A DNA stretch of 64,000 nt, taken from the NCBI GenBank assembly GCA_000091205.1, contig AP006502.2. The stretch is one strand, 5' to 3'. A model generated the notes under the pieces. The model saw nothing but the letters and a program-made list of their open reading frames with translations. It searched no databases and was not told where the DNA came from. Position 1 is the stretch's first letter. Every line of letters begins with the position of its first letter. This document shows, piece after piece, positions 1 through 10,369 of the stretch. The stretch is from Cyanidioschyzon merolae (lineage: Eukaryota). A program made the translations under genes and the position numbers.

Positions 1-1985
1 CCGGATATGAGGTCGCGAAGAGACTCGTTGTAGATCTCCAACATGCTAATTTGAATATGGCATGAAAAGGCAGCACTTCGCTCTTCACAAAGCCGGAAAA
101 GCTCCGCCAACGCCCGATAATTGACACCCCGTGACTCTGGAGAACCGGACATCGTGTACGTCTTTCCGCTGCCTGTTTGCCCGTAAGCAAAAATGCAAAC
201 GTTGAAGCCATCTAAGGCGCAGGTGACGAGCGGCGACGTGTCTTCGTAGATCTGCTCCTGAGAGTGCTCTGGACCGAATACGCGATCAAAATCGAAAATC
301 TTCTGCCGTACAGCGATTTTGTCGTTATCCAGCACGTTGCACACAGTGTGGTCGTTTTCCGTAGGGAGCACGGGACGAACGCGGCAGAAAACTCGAATGT
401 TGCCGGTAATCTCCTGGACCTGGTTGAAGAGCTTGCGACGCCAGTGGAACTCTTTCCGCCACATGGCCATGCTGTGGTCACGGAGCCGCTGGCACCGCTC
501 GATTGCTTGAGAGAGCGTCGCGCTCTGGGTGTGAATCATAGACGCAGTCGCGTCGAGAGAGGCGCGAGCTTCCGCTCGTAGCTGCTCCAAAATGGCCTGA
601 AGCAGCTGCGTTTGCTCCCGGGCATGTCGCAGGCGATGTGCTAAACCTGCGCGATTCAAATCGTGAGCGGGATCCGGTTGCGTGCCTTGGAATGACAGCT
701 GCGACAGGTTCATCTTTTGCACAGCCAGCGCCGAAACGTTCGCATTCTGGGAGCCTTTGCATTCGGTGTCCAACGATGCTTCCTCGGAAAGCGCCCCAGA
801 AGGTCTGACGTCAGACCGTGCCTGCAACATACTACGCAGTGTGCTGTTTTCGCGACGCATCTCCTCGAGCTCGTTCCGGATGCGTCGCACTGCAGCCATC
901 ACACCGTCCTCGGAAGAGCCTAGGATCTTGCTCAAGGGGCTCATGATTCCATTCATGAGATACGAATTCAATACCTTGCGACAGAGCGTTGGAGTATTCC
1001 ACTGGTCGTTCAGACGCACCGTTACATTTGCGTCGCTCTGGTTTTCTGCGATGCGTTCGATGAGCATTTTGCGATTCGGTCCATGCTCCCATATCATGGC
1101 GTTCGTCCGCTGGTTCCGAATAAAGTACTTGTAATCAAAATCACTTGCGGCATCGGGATCTAAGGTGAAACAGTACTCCCAATCACCGTGCCATGAATTC
1201 CGATTGACGCTGCGTCGGCCGGATTCTTTCTGAGCGAGTGCCACGGGCAACACTTTTTCCATGCGTACGGCACGCTCCACGTTCCAGCAACCGAGTTCCG
1301 GGATCGAACCCGAGACATAGATTTCTTCGTGAGCCGGTTCGCTAGGTAGGTGGTGCATGGCGAGTCGAACTTTCACTACTTTGGCGCCACGGTCGTCCAG
1401 TAAAACCTCCGTCGCCATCGCTCGCTGCAATTCGATGAGGTGCTCTGTGTCACGGTTGACCCAGCGATTGACAGAGAACGCCCACTCGGTGCACGCTTCC
1501 CCTGGACTGCTGCAGATGCTCTCGACGGAAACCCGTTCCAAGAACCAGCCAAGTGCGTCAAGTGCGTCGGTGTCACCGGCTTCGTCCTCCAAACGCAGTA
1601 TTACCTTGTCCAGAGAGCCGATATCTTCTGCGGCAGGCACCGTGAATGACTCAGAACTCGATCTCAGGAGCGGCACGAGTTCGGGCGCCTCGGCGATGGA
1701 GGAGCTCGAGCTTTGTTCGAAACCACCACGAACCAGATGAGCAGACGTGTTCAGTGCAACCTCGGGTAAAGCGTTCAACGAACCAACTAGAGTAATATAC
1801 ACGAAGAAGCGAGCGCCATCTGGAGTTATATCACCGGAGGTCAAGGTTATACGGTACTGCATTTTCGGAAGGGCGCTCGCGTTCACCTGCGAACTACGAG
1901 CACCCTGCGACGCGTCGCTTCCACCGGCCTTGCGACTACGCTTACCCTGCGGTTTCCGTGGCGAACTCGTCTGGTTTTTGGTCAT
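1..1985 (-). CDS. Kinesin-14 (C-terminal motor kinesin) with N-terminal PLAT/LH2-like and CBM20 starch-binding-like domains; motor C-terminus runs off the window start (partial)
   Basis: Manual minus-strand translation of the frame with codons at plus positions 3k..3k+2: no stop from 2012 down to position 1; first ATG at 1985 (stop TGA at 2015-2013). Motor motifs read directly: LFNQVQEITGNIRVFCRVRP (neck, ~470-400) and FDFDRVFGPEHSQEQIYEDTSPLVTCALDGFNVCIFAYGQTGSGKTYTM (P-loop, ~300-170). Upstream is a coiled-coil stalk (~1000-480). CBM20-like block HEEIYVSGSIPELGCWNVERAVRM...WEYCFTLDPD...DYKYFIRNQRTNAMIWEHGPNRKML...LNDQW (~1400-1010). PLAT-like block QYRITLTSGDITPDGARFFVYITLVG...DKVILRLEDEAGD...LGWFLERVSV (~1860-1440). 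Missing from the supplied ORF track because the ORF is open at the window edge. Confidence 0.85.
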   Translation of the reverse strand, partial: MTKNQTSSPRKPQGKRSRKAGGSDASQGARSSQVNASALPKMQYRITLTSGDITPDGARFFVYITLVGSLNALPEVALNTSAHLVRGGFEQSSSSSIAEAPELVPLLRSSSESFTVPAAEDIGSLDKVILRLEDEAGDTDALDALGWFLERVSVESICSSPGEACTEWAFSVNRWVNRDTEHLIELQRAMATEVLLDDRGAKVVKVRLAMHHLPSEPAHEEIYVSGSIPELGCWNVERAVRMEKVLPVALAQKESGRRSVNRNSWHGDWEYCFTLDPDAASDFDYKYFIRNQRTNAMIWEHGPNRKMLIERIAENQSDANVTVRLNDQWNTPTLCRKVLNSYLMNGIMSPLSKILGSSEDGVMAAVRRIRNELEEMRRENSTLRSMLQARSDVRPSGALSEEASLDTECKGSQNANVSALAVQKMNLSQLSFQGTQPDPAHDLNRAGLAHRLRHAREQTQLLQAILEQLRAEARASLDATASMIHTQSATLSQAIERCQRLRDHSMAMWRKEFHWRRKLFNQVQEITGNIRVFCRVRPVLPTENDHTVCNVLDNDKIAVRQKIFDFDRVFGPEHSQEQIYEDTSPLVTCALDGFNVCIFAYGQTGSGKTYTMSGSPESRGVNYRALAELFRLCEERSAAFSCHIQISMLEIYNESLRDLIS

Positions 1986-2236
1986 ATATCGGCTAAGCTG
2001 CGTCCAACTTGGTCAGCACGGCTAATAGGTCAACCGCTTCCAGCAGTATACAAAAAAGCGCAGTAGTTTGCGCCTCTGTCGACACGCAATCGTGCTGAAT
2101 CGTTGACACGCACACGAGCACGCATACGATCAATCGCGCCGGTGCGTGCAGCGCTCCCCAATGGGGAATTCGAAATGCAGCGTTACAGCGCAATGCGTTG
2201 CACCGTCGACCGCCGCAGCGATACGTGTCCGGATGA

Positions 2237-2240
<4 letters not shown>

Positions 2241-2267
<27 letters not shown>

Positions 2268-2290
2268 CGCCGCCGCCGCTGCCGTCGTTT
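2241..2290. repeat. Trinucleotide microsatellite (GCT)n/(GCC)n
   Basis: gctgctgctgctgctgctgctgctgccgccgccgccgctgcc read directly; it produces the poly-Ala runs in the overlapping spurious ORFs 2130..2633 and 2146..2490. Confidence 0.9.
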
Positions 2291-2519
2291 CAGATCTCGG
2301 GGCAAGCGCGGCTGCGCTGCACTGCGTGTCTGCGCCGCGTAACGCCTTCGCGATCATCGGCAAACGTCCTTGTAGCGCGCATCCGGATTCCGCTCTGGTG
2401 TACGTCGATGCGCTTTCAACAATCGCTGCCGGCATCCAGTTCACCGGTGAGCCAGACGCGAGAAACGTGGGAGAGGGTTTTGTCGTGTAGTCGTCTTCGG
2501 GCGCAATATTGGTTTTCCT

Positions 2520-3101
2520 GCGAGGCGGTGCATAGCGGGCGCTCGAACACACGATGCCATGTACTGTATGGATCGCAGACGAATTGCCTTGGAGATATAC
2601 ATGCTTTACTGAACAGTCCAAGGAGGACTGCATTCATTCTTCGATTCAGTCATATCTCAGTAGTCAGATGGTTGAGGAGCGTTCAAGGAAATAAGTGGAT
2701 GTGCGGCGAGCCAATAACCGATATTCTGAAGCGTGCTTGTGGTTCATGGCAGAGAACGACCCGTTGATCATTGTCGGGAAAGCAACAGCGATGATCGCGG
2801 CCGCCACGGGCGTCTCTGTTTCTCAACGGCTTGTTTGTTTGGTCCTGAAAACATCGGGATACTGTCCAAGAAAGATTCCTAGTTCTTTGACGGCCATCTT
2901 CCACCTAAATCGCAACTATAGTGTTCCTGGAACGTCGCGACCGGTATGAAGCACAGGGACGACGGTTTGTTTTCTCAGTCGACGATCGTTCCATCGGATG
3001 ATACGGCCGGAGCCTATATGGGTATTCGTGGGGAAGGAGCCTGTTTTATGTGCGATCGAGCTCGAGGAAAGCGACGACATCAGCATCTGTTCCAGCTGCA
3101 A
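2520..3101 (-). repeat. Repeat family 2, copy 1 (~0.6 kb, unclassified), inverted relative to copy 2 at 15085..15654
   Basis: DNA and translated-frame similarity to 15085..15654. The minus-strand stretch revcomp(2941-3030) = ccacgaatacccatataggctccggccgtatcatccgatgg...cgactgagaaaacaaaccgtcgtccctgtgcttcat matches 15130-15230 at ~85% identity. ORF fragments NTHIGSG...RLRKQ..VPVLH, FPDNDQRVV and GNSSAIHTVHGIV have matching counterparts in the 15085 ORF. Confidence 0.8.
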
Positions 3102-4796
3102 TGGATTCCTTTGGCGGCCTCAGTTTCGCAAGTAGAGAAGGCTCGTACAACAGCATCCTTTTTGTCGAATCATTGAAGACTTTTCCCGGATGTCTCGCAA
3201 CGCTCCTCTAATGAACAACGTGTCATTTCACCAGTCCCATTGCGTTCGAGCTCTTGCCGATTGTTTTCAGGGGCATAGCTCCTTTTCGTTCGTCCGTGGT
3301 CTACTTGCTTCGACGTCATCGAGGGAGTGTTTCCTATCGTAAAACGAAGTGATCGTTCAACTGGACGAATTGCGAAAGCTTTCGGCCCGCTCAGAGCGGT
3401 GCATATTTCGTATTTCTTCCGCGAGGCCTTCTCCATCCGGGGAGTTCCCGTATCGAAGAGCTTCAACAAGTGGGTTCGTTTGAAGAAATAAAAAGCTCAA
3501 AGGTTGAGCTAGGCTGTACACTTCTGAGGGTCGAGATGGAGAAAAGCCAGCGAAGCGGTTCTGCGACAGAATTATATGCATAGCTGACATAGCAGCAGAT
3601 GGGACAGAGTGCACGAGTCGTAGCAATCCTTGTAGTGATGAGTTCAAGCAGAGGCAGGAAACGCACAGGGTTCCTCAAACGAGACATGTCAACGCCACCA
3701 TTTGTATCAGACGATGTGCGGCGCTGAAGAAGAGAGCCGGTGCACTGACGCCATCCAACTTTTTGGGGCAGCTTCTGAGGCTCGAAATCTACAAGGAGAA
3801 GCTGAAGCCGTTAGCAGCGTGTCGGTTGAGAAATGCTGGGAAACGCGTATGAGTGGATACATATGTATCATCGATGGTCGAGAGTCATTTCTTGTTCCAC
3901 TGATCATGTATATGCCCGTAGAGACGCAACTTGGGAGCTCAGAGCTGTTCGCCCTGTCCACCCGTATCCCTCTATCGCCGTTCGTATGAACAGGTAAGGA
4001 AACATCACTTTTTGTGGCTTCTTCCGTTGTATTTCATCGAGAATTTTTCAAGTGGAATGGATCGTAAAATACACATTCTTGTACGTAGCGTTTTACAGGT
4101 TCTGTTCTGGGTGCACCACGTTCAGAACAACGACTGAACGAAGGGTGCTTCAGCCACCTGCTAACCATTGCGTAACGAACTTGTAGAAGTAAGGCTCTTT
4201 TTCGCAAGCTACGAGCGACAGCATCAGCGCATGCCGCGCCATGTCTCCAACATACAGGAGCCATTCTCTTCGTCGTATTCCTGGGAGAATATCAAACATG
4301 GACGATCAAGTTGTGGTAGTACAGGCTTTCCGGAATTCACTGCTCAGCGTCCAACGATGCGGATGTTCCGATCTTTGCAGAGCATCAGAGAAACAACACA
4401 GCAGCAGCAGAAGCAGCAGAAGCAGAAGCTGCTGCCTGTGGAATTTCTTGGCCACCTTGCCACCGTCTGCTCCCGGGAGCGCAAGCCGCAACACGGCCTG
4501 CCCAGAGAAGCATCCCGTCCCGTGCAGCGCTGAAGCGTCCGCATAAGCTCTGCGCGTTTCTTGTGTATGGTGATCGACGCCTACCTGGCATCGCGTGCCG
4601 TTCATTCGGAACTCGTGTTTGATCTGGGGAAACAACCGCACGGTAAATGCCTCGTGACGGCGTCACTGGCATCATCATGCGCAAGTTGATTGTCATGGTA
4701 CCCGCATGAGTGGCGTTCCACTCGATAACTACGACAACAACAACGCCACCGTGCCTGTATCCGTCACCGGCACTCCGCGGACACGCCGCTCATCGT

Positions 4797-7700
4797 TTAG
4801 GCGCTTAGCAACATGTTGAGCGCCTGCTCAACGTCGCCACGCGAGGCCTCAAGTGCCTGTCGGCTGGCGTCTGCACTAAAGCCCATGCTCATTAGCTGGT
4901 CCAGCTGGTCCGCAAAGGAAAACGTTGGCGCCGCGGCGGCCTCGTTCGCAGAAGCTCCGCGAGTCGTGTTCCAATTCAGGACAGTTCCATCGAAGCGCAG
5001 GGGCTGGTCCATGGACGTTGCAACAGGGTGCAGCGGCTGGACCCGACTCACTGCAGTATCCGATTCGAGACGCAGTCTATCGGATGTCATCCAGTCCACG
5101 CAGGTGGCATCGAAGGCTTCATCGTCGCGACGCCATATGAGCACGAAAGCTTGCTCCAGAGCACTGGGATTTTGTCCAGCATCGAAAACTTTTTCATCGT
5201 TGTAGAGAAGCCAGCGCTTGTTCCGATAGACGTAGGCCACATAATGTCCCGTCTGGAGTGAAGCGCCCAGGTGAACCATAGCCGCCGCCAGCGCATACCG
5301 TGTACGGGAACTGGATGCCAGCGCAGCGGATGTCTCGGCTTCGGTATTTGCTGTCGGTTCTTCCTCGGGTGTCGATGCGCCGTTCGCCGCAGCCGAATTG
5401 GCGCTATCGAGTAGCCATTCGATAGCACGCTCGCCATCATGGTTACTGGCCTGAAGCGCTACTCGTGCCTGCTGCAAGGTGAAACCCATATCCATGAGGA
5501 GCCGTTCAGACGGGTCTATCCGAGTCAAGGCGCGCCCACTCGGTGTGCCCGACGCTGGCGCTTCTGCCGCTTCCATCCGACGCTCCGGAGGCAGACGATC
5601 CCATTCGGATTCGTCGACAACGAGCCAGGGTTTCATATCGAGAACGATGGTACCGTCGGCTCGCTGTTCGAGACCACGCTGCGGGTCTGAGAAGGTCACC
5701 GCGGTGGACACCTTGCGAGGCACCCAGTCCTCACCGGCCTCGAAGCGTCGCAGATGCATAATAAGAAAAGGTGGACACCGACTGGGGCTCTCTCTCCTTT
5801 CAGCCTGATTCGGATCGGCGACTCCGATCGATGCTCGACACGACGGGCACTGGAACGAGAGCAGCTCACTGGCAACGCTGAGGTCGAGGCATGCTGCCAG
5901 GGAGACACGCGCAGAGGATTCCTGGTCCTGCTCCGCGGAGATCGCCTTGCTCCTCGTTGAGTATTCAGCACCTCGGACCGACGACGCAATAGGCACGTAT
6001 AAGGAAGTTGCTTCCGTGGAGTTCATGCCAATGCGATGGCAACGCAAACATTCCGTTCGTTGAACCAGTGGAAAGATGAAGAAGCGGGCTGGGTCTCGAG
6101 TTCCTTGCCGCCGAGCCTCCGCCGTGCATCGACTAAGAAAATACTCGAGAAACTCGTGAGCGTCCTGCTGCCTTTTCGTCGCAAATTCCGGATGACCTTG
6201 CCCGATTAGGTTCTGAAACATTCGCGGTGCAATGCCCTGGGGCGGCTGGTACCGGCGCAACAGCCCTGCGCCCTCTGCTGGCGTCTGAACGTCACTTGTG
6301 GCGGGTGCAGGTTCCGGTTCGGGCGCTTCGGCCATTCTCGAAGGCGCCTCGTGATCCGGAGCTCCAGTTTTCACCGGTTTTGGCATCGTCGCGTGCTCGT
6401 GCTCATGGATTTTGGCTGCAGAGGCGCGCCCCAACTCATCGATGCGTTGTGGAGTGTGTTCACGCTTCCAGTACCGCTGGCTTAGCAAGCCATCCGCTAG
6501 CTTACGCATTTGACATTCAAAGCACTGCAGTGCACTGCCCGCCTCGCACCTCGTGTAATGGCGGTCCAAGGATTTGTTCTTGAATGGGAAGGAAAGCGCA
6601 CGAGGCTCTTGATACCAGCGATAGGGCGCAAATACCAGCGCGTAGATGCACTGGAGCACACTCGAGATATAGCACGTATTCCCCATATTCCGCATTCCAG
6701 TTGCGACGACATCAGGCGCATAGAGACTGGGATCCGTAATCCTGCGCAGACTCGGATTATGGTCCGAGAAATTGGATCCCAGCTCCTTCAAGTTAAGCTG
6801 GACATTCTGCTCTATCTCTAGTTCAATCAGGCTTTTCTCGGTCTTCTCCTCACGACGAATATCAATACCGAACTCGCTCAGATGCCGTTCAAGCTCTGGG
6901 TCTACACGGAGCTCGTCACAGACGTAGCAGTGTACGTCCGCTGTGCCGTCGGCGGTAATGGTACCGAGCTTCACCGCGACAGCATGATCCGCGTTCATCC
7001 CGCCATAGGCTTGAAAATGCTCCCATGCGTGATTCTTTCCACCGGTGCCATCAAAGTTCGTTCGCCCGCACCCAAGGTGCCCACACGAGAGACAGAGCCA
7101 AAGATTTTCGCGCAAATCGCAGGAGGAGCATTTTGCCGTGGAACGACTGAGCGATGTATCCACGTCGATTCCCTCCAAACGACAAACCGTGAGCGTGTGT
7201 TCGCACGGCTGCAACTGCAGCTCCCATGCCTGCACCTGCTCCTTGCGTGACATGGCCGCCGCTTCGTGCACGCTCTCTGCCAGCGTTATCCACGCTTCCA
7301 GCTGTGAGGCCGGGTAGGCCCCAGAGCGGAGATCCGAGCTCCAGTTCCGAGCCGACCCTGCCTCGGGCTCTCGAAGACAAGCTACCCAACACTTTGCAGC
7401 CACGTCGTAGATACCTTCCAAGCGCACTGGAGGAACTGGTGCTTCCAGGGACTCTGCACCCTGTATGGTGTAACCTTCGCTCGTTCGCAGAACTTGAGGC
7501 GCTAACGTGGCTGTTGTGCCTCGCTCGGCCTCTGCTGCATCCTTCTGAGCCTGCACCAGGGTGCTCTGCTCGAGACGATCAGCCTCCGCCAGCGGTGCTC
7601 TTCGCAAGTTCGCAAAAACTTGATGTTTCGTCTTTCGGGTGTGAAGCTCCGCGTGTCTTCGGTATGCACAAAAACACTGCAAACAAGTCAAACAAACACA

Positions 7701-7802
7701 AACACCACCAGGAGAGTCAACGTCTTCAAAACAAAGCGAACACTCCTCTTTTTCAACGCAGTCGATCGACGGCACACCTGATCTATTCATTGTTTGATTC
7801 AC
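4797..7802 (-). CDS. Ubiquitin carboxyl-terminal hydrolase 5 / isopeptidase T (USP5/UBP14-like): ZnF-UBP, USP catalytic domain, two UBA domains
   Basis: 1001-aa ORF. Cys-box GMRNMGNTCYISSVLQCI; ZnF-UBP CLSCGHLGCGR...WEHF; two UBA-like segments LLMDMGFTLQQARVALQASNHDGERAIEWLL and LMSMGFSADASRQALEASRGDVEQALNMLL; His-box HYVAYVY. Confidence 0.9.
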   Translation of the reverse strand: MNQTMNRSGVPSIDCVEKEECSLCFEDVDSPGGVCVCLTCLQCFCAYRRHAELHTRKTKHQVFANLRRAPLAEADRLEQSTLVQAQKDAAEAERGTTATLAPQVLRTSEGYTIQGAESLEAPVPPVRLEGIYDVAAKCWVACLREPEAGSARNWSSDLRSGAYPASQLEAWITLAESVHEAAAMSRKEQVQAWELQLQPCEHTLTVCRLEGIDVDTSLSRSTAKCSSCDLRENLWLCLSCGHLGCGRTNFDGTGGKNHAWEHFQAYGGMNADHAVAVKLGTITADGTADVHCYVCDELRVDPELERHLSEFGIDIRREEKTEKSLIELEIEQNVQLNLKELGSNFSDHNPSLRRITDPSLYAPDVVATGMRNMGNTCYISSVLQCIYALVFAPYRWYQEPRALSFPFKNKSLDRHYTRCEAGSALQCFECQMRKLADGLLSQRYWKREHTPQRIDELGRASAAKIHEHEHATMPKPVKTGAPDHEAPSRMAEAPEPEPAPATSDVQTPAEGAGLLRRYQPPQGIAPRMFQNLIGQGHPEFATKRQQDAHEFLEYFLSRCTAEARRQGTRDPARFFIFPLVQRTECLRCHRIGMNSTEATSLYVPIASSVRGAEYSTRSKAISAEQDQESSARVSLAACLDLSVASELLSFQCPSCRASIGVADPNQAERRESPSRCPPFLIMHLRRFEAGEDWVPRKVSTAVTFSDPQRGLEQRADGTIVLDMKPWLVVDESEWDRLPPERRMEAAEAPASGTPSGRALTRIDPSERLLMDMGFTLQQARVALQASNHDGERAIEWLLDSANSAAANGASTPEEEPTANTEAETSAALASSSRTRYALAAAMVHLGASLQTGHYVAYVYRNKRWLLYNDEKVFDAGQNPSALEQAFVLIWRRDDEAFDATCVDWMTSDRLRLESDTAVSRVQPLHPVATSMDQPLRFDGTVLNWNTTRGASANEAAAAPTFSFADQLDQLMSMGFSADASRQALEASRGDVEQALNMLLSA

Positions 7803-7995
7803 CCTAGTCTGCGAGTTCGTATACGCAGCACGTCAGCGCAGAGCTCGTCGCTTGTTCAGAAGCGCGTACGCTCGGATCGACCATGGGAATGGCGGCAGTG
7901 CCGCGTGCAGCGCTGCAGGGCAACGATCGCCAAGCGTCGGCTGCTGCAGCTCCGAGCGATGCGAGGCTCCGACCGGCCCAGTGGACTGGTGATGG

Positions 7996-8222
7996 TGATC
8001 CATGGTCAAGAGTGTGGAGGATATGGAGGCACGTACCTGATCCATGGTCAAGAGTGTGGAGGATATGGAGGCACGTACCTGATCCATGGTCAAGACTGTG
8101 GAGGATATGGAGGCACGTACCTGATCCATGGTCAAGACTGTGGAGGATATGGAGGCACGTACCTGATCCATGGTCAAGACTGTGGAGGATATGGAGGCAC
8201 GTACCTGATCCATGGTCATGCT
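7996..8222. repeat. 42-bp minisatellite, ~5.3 tandem copies (unit gatccatggtcaagaStgtggaggatatggaggcacgtacct)
   Basis: Direct reading: near-perfect 42-bp tandem copies with one g/c variant (gag/gac). Because the period is a multiple of 3 it leaves all four overlapping ORFs (7794..8303, 7804..8319, 7833..8219, 7883..8296) open. It lies in the divergent intergenic region between USP5 (start 7802, minus) and ORF 8767 (plus). Confidence 0.95.
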
Positions 8223-8766
8223 GGTGCGCCCGAGGAAACTCGTCCAGACTCACTGATTTCGTGTCGGAGACGAAACTACGACATCCGTACGGGTAACGTA
8301 TAGGCGCGTGTTGCACCAACGCGATGCAGCTCGAAGCTCGCTGCGCGGAGGCTGTCTCTTTTTTGTGGCTCTATCTCGAGGGAGAACTCATTCGGATTAG
8401 AGTAGTCTGGGCTTTACTGGACGCGATTGTGGCACAGGAGGAACTGAGGTCTCTGGTCTGCTTACTGGCAGCGTTTGCGCTGTCGAAGATGTCCAGTTCA
8501 GCGCGTTGGCCCCGGAACGGTCGTACGCCGGAATTGAGCGGCGGTGCCGTTGGCGGCTCGCATTGCTCCCGCGAAGCGCCTCTCTGGACGAAAAAACTGT
8601 GAGGGATTCCTGGAAGAGTCGGCGTCCGATGGATCTGCATGTGTTCCTTCTATTCCTAAAAGATACTTACGACCTGAACTTGAGATATGCAAGAACGTGT
8701 TCAGATGCTCGATGATCTCTTCCCTGGCGTTCGAGCAGCATAAGCAGCGCGCTCAAGAGTACAAGA

Positions 8767-9729
8767 TTGACGCACCTGCTGCACGGCATCATGGAATCAC
8801 GTGCCTGCGTTTGCGGCACACGCGAGATCGCCCGCCGCACGCTGCGCCGCTGCAGGCGAAGCGCGCGCGCTGGAGTGCCGACGGGTGCCCCAGCCAGCGG
8901 CAAGCGGGTGATAACACCAGCGACATGTTCGGGCACAGGCTCGTGTGCACTTTCGATGTTCGCGTTTCTACCAGTAGCAAAGGCGGTTTTCCCGATCTTT
9001 TGTCGAAGTTTTCCATCACACGCTAGGTTTAACGAAGCACTGGGTCAGCGTAGGCACGCTTGCGGGTTCGTTCGTATTACGAGGCCGCGCTACGTGGCGC
9101 TTCGCGTTCGACGCCGGCACACCGTGCGTGGCGTTGCGAGAAGCCTCGTGGCGGTCGTGCGGCCCGGAGATGTTGCTCTAGTTCCATCACCGTATCCAGG
9201 CTCGGAGGACGCTGTTGTTTTGGTCGTTGGTCTCGACACAACTGGTCGAACGGCGGACGTCGTAACGTTGCACGCTGTTGGGCGCTCGGAAGACTCGGCG
9301 GTTTTGTACGAGCGCGAGGCAGGCGCTGCAACGCGCTTCGAGCGTGTCGATAAGCTGGCGCCCTTGAAGCGTGTTCAGCGGGATGAAACGAAGGATGTGT
9401 GGAAGGTGACCACAGCGGAACTTGAATCAGTGAAGGCTGCGTTCTTGTCACCCGCGGGACAAGCTGCCGTACAAGCCGAGATGGAACAGATCGAATCTAG
9501 CATTGATCGGCGCATATTTGAGCGTAGCCCGTCACCAGCACCGACGCGGACGCAGCTTCTGACTGGTTCGGGAATATGTGCCGGGGCCTCTGTGGCTTGC
9601 GTGGTAGCACTGTCTCAACACGGCAGTGATGGCCTAGCGTCAGCGTCTGGCGTACTTACGGCTGCCGCTTTCATTCTTTCCATTGTATCTGGAGGACTTG
9701 CTCTCGCTGCTTTGCGCCAACAACAATAG
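8767..9729 (+). CDS. Hypothetical protein with C-terminal hydrophobic (tail-anchor-like) segments
   Basis: 320-aa ORF. The C-terminus GICAGASVACVVALSQ...VLTAAAFILSIVSGGLALAAL looks like 1-2 transmembrane helices. No recognisable family. The N-terminal third is Arg/Cys-rich and may be non-coding. Confidence 0.35.
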   Translation: MTHLLHGIMESRACVCGTREIARRTLRRCRRSARAGVPTGAPASGKRVITPATCSGTGSCALSMFAFLPVAKAVFPIFCRSFPSHARFNEALGQRRHACGFVRITRPRYVALRVRRRHTVRGVARSLVAVVRPGDVALVPSPYPGSEDAVVLVVGLDTTGRTADVVTLHAVGRSEDSAVLYEREAGAATRFERVDKLAPLKRVQRDETKDVWKVTTAELESVKAAFLSPAGQAAVQAEMEQIESSIDRRIFERSPSPAPTRTQLLTGSGICAGASVACVVALSQHGSDGLASASGVLTAAAFILSIVSGGLALAALRQQQ

Positions 9730-10369
9730 ATGAAGTGATGATGGAATACCATCAGCGCGGCTGACGCGTTATGAAACTGTACAACTCGGAGCGAGTCGTT
9801 ACCAGTTGTTCGCCTTTCAGACAAGAGTTTGTTGGGCGCCTCAGAAAACTAGATAGGTATGCACTGGACGGCAGCGAAGGGCGTTGGATTAGAATCCGGA
9901 ATGCAGCAGCGAAGCGCTCTTGGATTATGACGGAACGCTGTATCTCGAAGCAGACTGTCATAGGAACCCGCATCTGCAGACAGTTTGGTTGGAAACGCTC
10001 TATGGATCCGAGCTCTCCGTGGATGGCAAATGGAGCGCTGCACGGCATGTTTCCGCGTACGATACGCTTTCGCTAGGGCGCAGTGCATTGTTTCGGGCTC
10101 AGGACGAGGTCGTGGTGCTTGCGCGACCTCCCAGGACCCGACCTGTACGCATTTGGGCATGGGTCCAGTTCCGGATGCTACCATGCACCGGTTTCAAGTA
10201 AAAATGGGAAACTGAACTGCTCGCTCTGTTTCTGCCTAGCGATATCCCGCCGTAGATTAACGATTTACTGGCTCGATTTTGAGAAAGCAGCAGTACGGGC
10301 TCACGGATGCAAACATAGTTTTAGGATTCATGGTCGTCTTCGCGGAGTGGCTCCTTCCAAGCTTTGGCG

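Noticed and set aside
2130-2633. 167-aa and 114-aa ORFs with poly-Ala runs
   Set aside because: Driven by the (GCT/GCC)n microsatellite and the adjacent family-2 repeat. No protein-like features.
3100-4790. Several short minus-strand ORFs in different frames (3170..3469, 3357..3647, 3463..3687, 3707..3961) upstream of the kinesin, as a possible fragmented gene
   Set aside because: No homology recognised and no consistent frame. It could be a pseudogene or intron-containing gene, but this cannot be supported from sequence alone.
7794-8319. Four overlapping 130-170-aa ORFs on both strands (7794..8303, 7804..8319, 7833..8219, 7883..8296); a CRISPR array was also considered
   Set aside because: All are artefacts of the 42-bp (14-codon) minisatellite keeping every frame open. 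The repeats are strictly tandem with no spacers and the context is eukaryotic, so this is not CRISPR.
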